This document shows, piece after piece, positions 1 through 7,700 of a stretch of 23,345 nucleotides of DNA; within the stretch, counting starts at the first letter, position 1; every line of letters begins with the position of its first letter. The stretch is from Elainellaceae cyanobacterium (lineage in GTDB: Bacteria > Cyanobacteriota > Cyanobacteriia > CAZCXK01). The stretch spans positions 1 to 23,345 of the forward strand of contig JBNPEG010000217.1 in the NCBI GenBank assembly GCA_051117555.1. Reading direction: 5' to 3'. Position numbers and translations under genes: made by a program. The notes under the pieces are model-generated. The model did no database searches and was not told where the DNA came from. It saw only the letters and a program-made list of their open reading frames with translations.

Positions 1-100
1 GTGCTTTTGTGTAAAGCTCACTGCGTGACACCCCTAACTGCTGAGCAAGTACTTCCGCCTGTTCAAAAACTGAATCTGGAAGCGAAATTGCAGTTTTCAT
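1..100 (-). CDS. Ribbon-helix-helix antitoxin (ChpI/MazE6/CopG-like), partial, runs off the window; first gene of integron cassette 2
   Basis: Not in the ORF track. ATG at 100-98 gives MKTAISLPDSVFEQAEVLAQQLGVSRSELYTKA..., the MKTAISLPD...SRSELY pattern of RHH antitoxins usually paired with MazF/PemK toxins. Confidence 0.85.
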   Translation of the reverse strand, partial: MKTAISLPDSVFEQAEVLAQQLGVSRSELYTKA

Positions 101-130
101 AGTGACGTTAGTTTAAAGTTCTATTCTTTA

Positions 131-150
131 GTGATACCTCAGTTATACCA
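131..150 (-). promoter_or_regulatory. Candidate cassette-internal promoter/operator of the antitoxin gene
   Basis: Minus strand TG-G-TATAAC (extended -10-like, 150-142) within GGTATAAC-TGA-GGTATCAC, ~40 nt upstream of the ATG. TA cassettes usually carry their own autoregulated promoter. Confidence 0.5.
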
Positions 151-224
151 GAGCTGCAAGAACGAGCACACTTAGATACCAGCAGAGAGCCTCTCTGTAC
201 GTCCTGAGCCAAAAACCGGATGAC

Positions 225-311
225 AGCTAACGGTGCCCATCACCCGTCGCAGATACCTTTGAATACTCACAGACAACCTCTTGGCGGTCGGGTGCATGGG
301 CGTTGTTGTGC
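225..311 (-). other. attC: attC recombination site (87 bp)
   Basis: Minus strand reads R'' GCACAAC, 5-nt spacer AACGC, L'' arm CCATGCACCCG, variable loop, L' arm CGGGTGATGG, spacer GCACC, R' GTTAGCT. The L'' arm has one extra unpaired base, as expected for attC. It lies 35 bp downstream of the cassette 1 stop codon. Confidence 0.92.
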
Positions 312-944
312 GGCGCTAATACCCTGATCTGATTCAGAATCACTAACTAATCATTTCTGCGACCACTACCACCTGCCCAAGGCGGAGGTCCACCTGCCTC
401 ACGAATTTGAATCACTTCGCCGCCATCACGAGTAATTGTGTAAGCATCAAAATCTTCATCATCATACTCCCCAACAACAGTGACACTCTCTCCAGGAGTG
501 AAGTTAAGTTGATGATACCAACGTGGTCCGGCATCAACAATTACCTGTCCGGTTCCATCATCCAGAATAAATTCATTGCCAACAACACTACGGATTTCAC
601 CTGAGATTGAAATTCCTGGATTTCTCTGGAGATCACGAATTGAAACCTGAGCTTGAGCAACGGAAACTCCTACCGCAGTTGTTGTAGAAACTAGAACAGC
701 CAGAAAAGCCGATTTCATGAGTAAACACCTCTTTGCTTCACACCTTCTAGACTCTAGAATAACAAAACTCAAATCTTCATCTGAGCATGAATACTTATAA
801 TATGCATTCTATTCTTTCTATTGTCGCTGTGTCACAGGATTAGCAGCTACATTGTTCCTATCAATTGCCCTGAGGTATCGAGGTTTGCAATATTGACCGG
901 ATATTTTCAAGTTACTCTTTTCACCCCAAAAATCAGCAGCACAA
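231..944 (-). mobile_element. Integron gene cassette 1 (first position, ~714 bp)
   Basis: The 5' core GTTGTGC (945-939, minus strand) is the exact complement of this cassette's own attC R'' GCACAAC (311-305), as expected for an integrated circular cassette. Confidence 0.85.
347..718 (-). CDS. Secreted bacterial OB-fold protein (NirD/YgiW/YdeI-like)
   Basis: ATG at 718 with an AGAGGTG RBS is preferred over the TTG at 772. Signal peptide MKSAFLAVLVS...AQA is followed by GEIRSVVGNEFILDDGTGQVIVDAGP...VTVVGEYD, typical of BOF domains. Confidence 0.8.
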   Translation of the reverse strand: MKSAFLAVLVSTTTAVGVSVAQAQVSIRDLQRNPGISISGEIRSVVGNEFILDDGTGQVIVDAGPRWYHQLNFTPGESVTVVGEYDDEDFDAYTITRDGGEVIQIREAGGPPPWAGGSGRRND

Positions 945-958
945 CTAAAGTTGCATAT
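939..958 (-). other. attI: attI simple site (crossover between 945 and 944)
   Basis: Minus strand ATATGCAAC-TTTA-GTTGTGC: an R core (GTT) preceded by an inverted L-like box. It sits between the intI 5' end and the first cassette, with no attC fold upstream of it. Confidence 0.78.
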
Positions 959-1166
959 CACCTCCTCTGAGGGCATTTATGCCGACTATTATCCGCATAA
1001 ATGCCCAAATTGGGGGGTTATACAGAACTCTTTCGGGCTATCTACTCGAATTAGAGTGTTATGCCGACTGGGGTCGTGATAACTATCCTTACATGGGTGT
1101 TTAGCCTGATTTTGTTCTGCATAATATCCTTACCAAGGAATGTTATGCCGATAGCTTCAGCAAGTC
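950..1166. repeat. Phased array of degenerate dyad-symmetric units (~41-42 bp period) between attI and intI
   Basis: 24-bp 10-4-10 units at 977 (TTATGCCGAC-tatt-ATCCGCATAA), 1018 (TTATACAGAA-ctct-TTCGGGCTAT), 1059 (TTATGCCGAC-tggg-GTCGTGATAA), 1101 (TTAGCCTGAT-tttg-TTCTGCATAA) and 1143 (TTATGCCGAT-agct-TCAGCAAGTC). Confidence 0.85.
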
Positions 1167-1201
1167 TTTATAGTGAGTACGGAGACGCAAGTGTAATATT
1201 T

Positions 1202-1215
1202 AGTACATAAATACC
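1202..1215 (+). promoter_or_regulatory. Candidate cyanobacterial LexA (SOS) box upstream of intI
   Basis: AGTAC-ATAA-ATACC has one mismatch to RGTACNNNDGTWCB. It lies just downstream of a -10-like TAATAT (1194-1199) and 20 nt upstream of the ATG. Confidence 0.6.
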
Positions 1216-1235
1216 ACCTCCATCTACCCTTGGCT

Positions 1236-2198
1236 ATGGAATCTCGACCTAAAAAGCTGCTTGACCAAGTCCGCGACGCTATTCGCCTGAAACACTACTC
1301 CTACCGTACCGAGCAAACCTATGTCGGATGGATTCGTCGGTACATTCTCTTTCATAACAAGCGGCATCCTAAAGATATGGGGACACTAGAAGTTGAGGCG
1401 TTTCTAACTCACTTAGCAGTAGAAGGGAAAGTTGCCGCATCAACCCAAAATCAAGCTCTCTGCGCTATTTTATTCCTTTATAACAACGTTTTGAATCAAG
1501 AGCTAGGCAAATTAGATGCGGTTCGAGCAAAACGTTCAAAATATTTGCCAACCGTTTTAACTAAAGCAGAAGTTAGAGGCATCCTTCAGCATGTATCAGG
1601 GGTTCCGGGACTCGTCATCCAGGTTTTATATGGTAGCGGTTTGCGCCTTAGTGAAGGGCTAGGTCTTCGAATTAAGGATCTTGATTTTGCTCAACGTCAG
1701 ATTGTGGTGCGCGATACAAAAGGCAATGAAGACCGAGTCACTATGTTGCCGGATAGTTTAATTACTCCTCTGCAGCAACACCTTCAAAAAGTGAGACGGT
1801 TACATGAGTTGGACTTAGATCAAGGCTATGGTTCTGTTTATCTACCCTTTGCCTTAGAACGTAAATACCCCTATGCAGATCGAGCCTGGATCTGGCAATT
1901 TGTCGTTCCTTCCTCATTTCGATGTCGCGATCCTCATAGTGGCGTTATTCGTCGTCACCATCTCCATGAAAGTGGGGTACAGAAAACTTTAAAACAAGCT
2001 GTGCGTGTAGCTGGCATTGCAAAACGTGTTGGGTGCCATACATTTCGCCATAGTTTCGCCACCCACCTGCTGGAAGATGGCTATGACATTCGTACAGTAC
2101 AAGAACTGTTAGGCCATAAGGACGTCAAGACGACGATGATTTATACCCATGTGCTAAATCGAGGCGGACGGGGTGTGAGAAGTCCGTTGGATGGGTGA
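1236..2198 (+). CDS. intI: Integron integrase (tyrosine recombinase)
   Basis: N-terminal [22 protein letters not shown]...RHP and [16 protein letters not shown]; IntI-specific insertion [19 protein letters not shown]....DP.SG..RRHH; intact catalytic motifs [22 protein letters not shown] and TMIYTH. ATG 1236 is preferred over TTG 1230. Confidence 0.98.
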   Translation: MESRPKKLLDQVRDAIRLKHYSYRTEQTYVGWIRRYILFHNKRHPKDMGTLEVEAFLTHLAVEGKVAASTQNQALCAILFLYNNVLNQELGKLDAVRAKRSKYLPTVLTKAEVRGILQHVSGVPGLVIQVLYGSGLRLSEGLGLRIKDLDFAQRQIVVRDTKGNEDRVTMLPDSLITPLQQHLQKVRRLHELDLDQGYGSVYLPFALERKYPYADRAWIWQFVVPSSFRCRDPHSGVIRRHHLHESGVQKTLKQAVRVAGIAKRVGCHTFRHSFATHLLEDGYDIRTVQELLGHKDVKTTMIYTHVLNRGGRGVRSPLDG

Positions 2199-2269
2199 AG
2201 GCGATCGCCAAAGACCGGTTCTAAAGGATCATCACCCCCGAATCCCATTAAATCTCTCTAATAAGCCAA

Positions 2270-2283
2270 AGTACGGTTGTATT
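2270..2283 (+). promoter_or_regulatory. Second candidate LexA box
   Basis: AGTAC-GGTT-GTATT has one mismatch to RGTACNNNDGTWCB and is followed by a -10-like TACACT at 2295-2300. Confidence 0.5.
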
Positions 2284-2314
2284 TCTTTCACGAATACACT
2301 ATTCTTTGCCATTA

Positions 2315-2508
2315 AGCGCTCAAACGAGCGGCGCTCTCTAGAAGTGCAGGCACACGTTCCAGAGAGCTAATCCCCAACTGTCAGTACACAGTCGGAGACT
2401 ACAGTCTATGGTATAGCTCCTGTAGCCATCCTGCTTTGTCATGCAGAAAATTCGGGATGGCCCTTTGTTTGAGCGCTCCTTATCAAACAACAAGTAGGAG
2501 CAACTATA
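2315..2508 (+). ncRNA. Putative structured leader / cis-regulatory RNA
   Basis: Perfect 11-bp long-range helix 2315-2325/2467-2477 encloses hairpins 2333-2367, 2373-2395 and 2425-2461. Two GCTCCT anti-SD copies (2416-2421, 2475-2480) are complementary to the SD AGGAGC (2496-2501). Confidence 0.5.
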
Positions 2509-2744
2509 TGGTTTATCCACCCAACCCGCCCGGTGGGGCGGACAGCTCATCGCGTCCGGATGATGAGCGCCATACCCTGCGCATCATTGCCGTGGGGTCA
2601 CTCACCGTCGTCAACTACTATGTGATGCAGATGTATCAACTCGACTATGCCGAACCAGGTGAATGGTCAAAACCCTTGCCCACGGTGAATCCCAATGAGG
2701 TGATGCGGATTTTGACTAAGCGTATTCGGGGGTTGAATATGTAA
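2508..2744 (+). CDS. Small cyanobacterial hypothetical protein (78 aa)
   Basis: AGGAG SD 7 nt before ATG 2508, in frame with ORF 2436-2744. The C-terminal LRIIAVGS...YAEPGEWSKPLPTVNPNEVMRILTK resembles a multi-copy family of small cyanobacterial proteins (from recall). Confidence 0.75.
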   Translation: MVYPPNPPGGADSSSRPDDERHTLRIIAVGSLTVVNYYVMQMYQLDYAEPGEWSKPLPTVNPNEVMRILTKRIRGLNM

Positions 2745-2780
2745 CGCCCAAAGAAAAGTATGCGTTTATCGCATATGTTA

Positions 2781-2867
2781 AGATCCCCCGCTGTCGCTGC
2801 CCCTTGAAAAGGTGGCTATTTACGGATGGCTGAAGTCGCCCTTTTCAAGGGAGATTTAGGGGGATCT
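2781..2867. repeat. Cyanobacterial REP/MITE-like palindromic element
   Basis: Nested inverted repeats AGATCCCCC (2781-2789)/GGGGGATCT (2859-2867) and CCCTTGAAAAGG (2801-2812)/CCTTTTCAAGGG (2840-2851). Confidence 0.75.
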
Positions 2868-3082
2868 CTAGGGCGTTACGCTAAATGCATACTGATATAT
2901 AGCAACTACTACAATTTTTGGTAGAGGCGCGATCGCACTCGATTAGATCATGATCAAACTTGATTGAAGGCACCTATCAAATTTGCTATTTAATCAGAGC
3001 TTAAACGCAGCATAACCGTCATGCCTGCACCCTCTGCGCTAACGTTGACAAGACGAATTTAATCGTGGTGTAAGAGAACGGC

Positions 3083-3535
3083 ATGAGTAGTCAAGGCAAA
3101 AAGCGATTAAACGCATGTTTGGCGATCGCTAGCTATGCCGCTGGAGGAGGCGCTGCATCTGTGGCACCGACCCCCTGTATGGAAGTCCCCAAGCAGATTG
3201 TATTAACTGCATCAGACGTGATGATGTATGCGTCGATCTGGAAGATTTATTTTGAAGAAGACCTGACTCAGAAAGACATCCTTTCCATGCTGGCAGAGGT
3301 CGGAATCGTGTCTGTTGCAGCATTTGGGACTGCCTATCTAGTTGCCCGAGGCAGTACGGCATTGCTGCACGAAATCACTGATTGGATTGGTCCCATAGGA
3401 TGGGGCATGTCGGCGTTGATTTCGGGTTCTCTGGGAGGGCTGTCAGGCATGGCGTGGGCGTTCTATTGCGATCGCCTGTATGAACAACGCCATCTAGACT
3501 TGCAACACAAAAAAATACGAGTCAAGCCAACCTAG
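3083..3535 (+). CDS. Hypothetical membrane-associated protein, DUF697/YcjF-like
   Basis: 150 aa with Gly/Ala-rich hydrophobic helices (AAGGGAASVAPTP; IGPIGWGMSALISGSLGGLSG). Overlaps the convergent metK-like gene by 14 bp. Confidence 0.6.
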   Translation: MSSQGKKRLNACLAIASYAAGGGAASVAPTPCMEVPKQIVLTASDVMMYASIWKIYFEEDLTQKDILSMLAEVGIVSVAAFGTAYLVARGSTALLHEITDWIGPIGWGMSALISGSLGGLSGMAWAFYCDRLYEQRHLDLQHKKIRVKPT

Positions 3536-4709
3536 CAACCTTGTCTGTTTTTTCCCAGGGGAGATCCAGATCCATGCGGCCAACATGTCCATAAGCGGCC
3601 AGTTGGCGATAGAACCCGTTTTCGACCTTGGATGGTAGGTGTCGGAGATTAAACTGTCGGATGATCCCAGCGAGGCGAAAGTCAAAATGTTGGTTCAAGA
3701 GCGTCACAATATCATCTTCGGGAATGTTGCCGGTGCCGAAGGTTTCCACCTCGATGCTCACCGGACGCGCGAGCCCAATTGAGTAGCTGAGCTGGACTTC
3801 ACATTCATCCGCCAAGCCTGCGGCGACGACATTTTTAGCGGCATAGCGAGCGGCATAGGCTCCCACTCGGTCAATCCGCAGGGGATCTTTGCCACTCAAG
3901 GCTGCGCCGCTGTGCTTTGAATATTCGCCATAGGTATCGATGGCATTCTTGCGTCCGGTTAGCCCAGAGTGAACCGACGGACCTCCCATAATCACCAGCC
4001 CATCGGGGTTAATGAAAATACGAGTGTCGGCATCCGGTCGAACGGCTTCGCCCTCAAAGGCTGGATCAATGACCATGGCTCGAATGTCGTCTCGAAGCTG
4101 GTCTAAATCAGGCGTTGATTCGTCGAGTTGACTGGCGATAATGGCAATGCTGTGAATACGAACCGGCTGGCGATCGCGATATTCGATGCCGACCTGAGTT
4201 TTACCATCCGGTGTGAGATAGGGAAGGCGTTGATCCTCTTTGGAGTGCATCATTTGCCGCGCTAGCTTCCGCGCCAGCCAAATCGGGAGTGGCATTAGGG
4301 ATTCAGTCTGGTCGCACGCAAAGCCAAAGACAGTGGCCTGATTTTTGACGGGAATAGCTTCGATCTCGTCATCGCTGAGGGATGCTTCATCAAAGTCGTT
4401 ATCCCGCGTGGGTGGAAATTCTTCCAAGCTCGTCAAAATGCTGCAATCTCGACCGTTGAATCCGGCTTGGTCATAGCCTGCCTGCTCAATCACCCGACGC
4501 GCCACTCGAATAAAATCAACGTTGGCATTAGGCGAAAACCGAGCTGATAAGAAGACAATGGCCGTTGATACGGCGCACTCGGTCAGCACCCGAGCGTGAG
4601 GATCTTGCTGAAGAATGCGATCAACGATGGCATCACTAATCTGATCGCAGAGCTTATCCGGGTGGCCGGGGGTCACCGACTCAGACGTGAACATGAAATT
4701 TTTTCTCAT
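3522..4709 (-). CDS. metK: Methionine adenosyltransferase family protein, divergent paralog
   Basis: FTSESVTPGHPDK, PDGKTQ, GLTGRK, DTYG, SGKD..IDR, AYAARY, AAYGH and PWEKTD are present. The GAGDQG signature is replaced by PVKNQA. Confidence 0.9.
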   Translation of the reverse strand: MRKNFMFTSESVTPGHPDKLCDQISDAIVDRILQQDPHARVLTECAVSTAIVFLSARFSPNANVDFIRVARRVIEQAGYDQAGFNGRDCSILTSLEEFPPTRDNDFDEASLSDDEIEAIPVKNQATVFGFACDQTESLMPLPIWLARKLARQMMHSKEDQRLPYLTPDGKTQVGIEYRDRQPVRIHSIAIIASQLDESTPDLDQLRDDIRAMVIDPAFEGEAVRPDADTRIFINPDGLVIMGGPSVHSGLTGRKNAIDTYGEYSKHSGAALSGKDPLRIDRVGAYAARYAAKNVVAAGLADECEVQLSYSIGLARPVSIEVETFGTGNIPEDDIVTLLNQHFDFRLAGIIRQFNLRHLPSKVENGFYRQLAAYGHVGRMDLDLPWEKTDKVARLA

Positions 4710-7700
4710 GCCTGTGCTCCTTGCAGTTCACTGGGCTGATTGACTTGGAGGGCTTTGCTGCTTTCATTGACCACCAGCGGCAGGAGTGCAAAGGTTGCAA
4801 TCACCGCAGCATCAATGGGATCGATGGGCTGAAGTTTGAGCAGTCCCCGCAGTGGCGGCACCATCAGCGGCAGAATCTGAATTGCCAATGATCCGGCGAT
4901 CGCCCATTCCACATAGGGATTGCGAGGTAATGACTTGCCTCCAAAGAGACTCTGAGTCTGAGACCGACAGCTTAGCGTATGGAGAACTTGCCCGATCGTG
5001 AGGCTCATAAAGATGACGGTGCTCGACCTCTGGCTAATGCCGTAGCGCAGTAACCCATATCCGTAGGCAGCTAGCGCAGACACCGAAATCACAGCCGACT
5101 CAGCGGCGATCCGCTGGTAGTCATCGGGTTGAATAATCGGAGTGTCTGGGTCACGGGGAGGCTGCTCTAACACGTCGGGTTCGGGCGGTTCGAGGGCAAG
5201 GGCAAGCCCCGGAAAGATATCCGTCACCAGATTCAGCCAAAGAAGCTGCATGGCGTTGAGGGGTTCCCCGAGTCCGGCAGCAGTCGCAACAGTAGCCACC
5301 ATGATTTCGCTCATGTTAGTTGCCAAGAGAAAGTGAACGGACTTTCGGATGTTGCTGTAAATGGTTCTGCCTCGGCTGACCGCATCAATCATGGTTCGGA
5401 GGTCATCGTCGCCAATGACTACATCCGCAACTTCATGGACAACGCTAGTGCCGCCTGCGCCCATGGCAACGCCGACATTGGCAGCCTTCAGAGCAGGCGT
5501 GTCGTTGATGCCATCTCCCGTCATGGCGACGATTTTGCCTGCCTCTTGTAAGGCTTGCACGATTTGCAGCTTATCGGCGGGGCTGATGCGGGCAAAGATA
5601 TCTACTTTGTCAGAAAGGGCTTTGAGTTTTTCGGGGTCGAGCGTGGCTAAATCGGATGCGTCTAGGATTTCAAGATTGCGATCGCGACTCAGGCGGAGCT
5701 GTTTGCCGATCGCATAGGCCGTCGGGCTTTGGTCCCCCGTAACCATCACCGTATCAATTCCGGCGCGGTGAAAGTCGGCGATTAATTCGGCAACGCCGTC
5801 ACGAATCGGATCTGCCATGCCCGTTAGCCCTAGCCAGGTCAGATCGGTTTCGGGATGATTGTCGGACGAGTCGAGGTGCGTATAGGCAAACCCCAAGACT
5901 CGCAATGCCTGACCTGCCATGCGTTCGTTGGCAAGGATGATAGCCTGCCGATCGTCGTCGGTGAGGGGCATCACGTCACCGTCTTTCATCTGGAATGCAC
6001 ACTTTTCAAGGACTTCATCTGGGCTACCTTTGACCGCCACAAACGGGTGTTCTCCAGGTGATTTATGAAGGGTGGTCATGACGTTGCGATTGTCAGACCG
6101 GGGAAGGGTGTCTTGTCGGGGATATTGATGATGCAAATCGACGATGTCAATATCAGCGGCGATCGCCAGTTCAACGAGCGCATTTTCGGTCGATGATCCG
6201 CTAATGTCATAGGTTCCATCATCCTGTCGATTAACCTCGCTTTCATTGCAAAGGGCGCCAACTTGAATCAAGATCAGCAACTCCTTGCAGTCTTTCGGCT
6301 GAATCGGTTCGTCATCTTGGGAGACAAACTCGCGATCGCCAATCTGAACATCTCCCAACGCAATGTGAACGTGCTTGACTACCATGCGGTTTTGGGTGAT
6401 GGTGCCGGTTTTATCCATGCAAATAGTTTGCACGGAGCCGAGTGCTTCAACCGCATTTAGGCTACGCACCAGGATATTTTGCTTGCGCATATCTTGAATG
6501 CCCAGTGCCAAAATCGTCGTGGCGATCGTGGGCAACCCTTCTGGAACGGATGCGACGGCGAGAGAAATCGCGGTCTTGAGCATTTGCAAAAATCCGTATC
6601 CCCGGAGCAAACCAATGCCAAAGACGAGAGCACAGACTCCGCTGCCGATCGCCACAAGCTGGCTCCCCGTTTCGTCAAGCTGTCGTTGCAGAGGTGTCCC
6701 TTGGTCGGCAGCCTCGCCCACCATGGTTTGAATCTTGCCCATTTCGGTAAATCGGGCAGTGGCAACGACAACCCCTAACCCGCTTCCGCCTGTGACCAGC
6801 GTGCCTTTATAGACCATATTGGTGCGTTCTGCGAGGGGAATCGTATCGCCCTGTAAGACCTCAGGTGTTTTATCGACCGGAATACTTTCGCCGGTAAGAG
6901 CTGACTCATCAACGCTAAGCATATCGGTCGCAATCAGGCGAGCATCGGCTGGAACCTGGTTTCCCGATCGGAAAACGACGATGTCTCCAGGCACAATCTC
7001 GTCGCTCTCAACCTCGATGCGATCGCCATCACGAAACACAAGCGCACTGGGGCGATCGCCATCACGAAGCGAATGAATGATTTGCTCAGATTGGCTTTCG
7101 GTTACATAGCCAATGATGGCGTTAACGCCCACCACGCCCATGATAGTAACCGCATCTGCCAATCCTCCGGTGACAATTGAGAGTACTGCTGCTGCGCTGA
7201 GCAGGGCGACGGGTAGGCTATTAAACTGCTCTAGAATGATGGCCAGATCGGAGCGCGTGTCTGTTTCAGATAGACGATTGCTGCCGTAGCGATCGCACAA
7301 TTCTTCGACGAGTTCTGTGGAAAGCCCGCCTTCTTTATTGGTATTGAACTCTTTGAGCACTGACTCAATCGGCATTTTGTGCCATTCTTTGACCGGCTGT
7401 TCGTCACCCTCTTGCGGGTCTTGAGATTTGCGCGATTGGCGTGGGTGAGGCGGTTGAACAGGCGAGGACTCGTGCCGGGGATGCTCAGACTGTTGATACT
7501 GCTCAACGACCGTGGCGATCGCCTCTACAACATCATCATGGCTCAATTCGGGCGCAAACTTGACTAACACATTGCCCGTCAAACTACTGGCAGATACCTG
7601 ATTAATCATCCGTTGCTTAGACAGATGCTGTTCAAGATACTGCTCTAGCGAGTTAGATCGATGCAGTGCATCGACGTGATAGCGGGCTCTGCCTCGAACA

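Larger units (their letters stand above)
1..230 (-). mobile_element. Integron gene cassette 2 (partial; probable toxin-antitoxin cassette)
   Basis: Begins after the G of the R' core GTTAGCT (231-225) of the attC and contains the antitoxin start. Confidence 0.75.

Noticed and set aside
225..311. attC in plus-strand orientation
   Set aside because: The extra L'' base, the gene orientation and the core match with 945-939 all point to the minus strand.
719..772. TTG start at 772 for the cassette 1 gene
   Set aside because: ATG 718 has an RBS and starts the signal peptide.
991..1027. XerC/D dif site (GCATAA...TTAT resemblance)
   Set aside because: dif needs a 6-bp spacer and a TTATGTTAAAT-like XerD arm; here the arms are 17-18 bp apart and no XerD arm is present.
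950..1166. CRISPR array
   Set aside because: Repeats are highly degenerate, linkers are only 17-18 nt and partly similar to each other, and no cas genes are in the window.
2338..2550. Minus-strand 70-aa ORF, and the TTG 2436 start of the plus-strand ORF
   Set aside because: Both run through the structured leader; the strong SD supports ATG 2508, and the antisense ORF has no recognisable features.
5142..7567. Many short ORFs overlapping the P-type ATPase
   Set aside because: Antisense or alternate-frame shadows of a well-supported gene.
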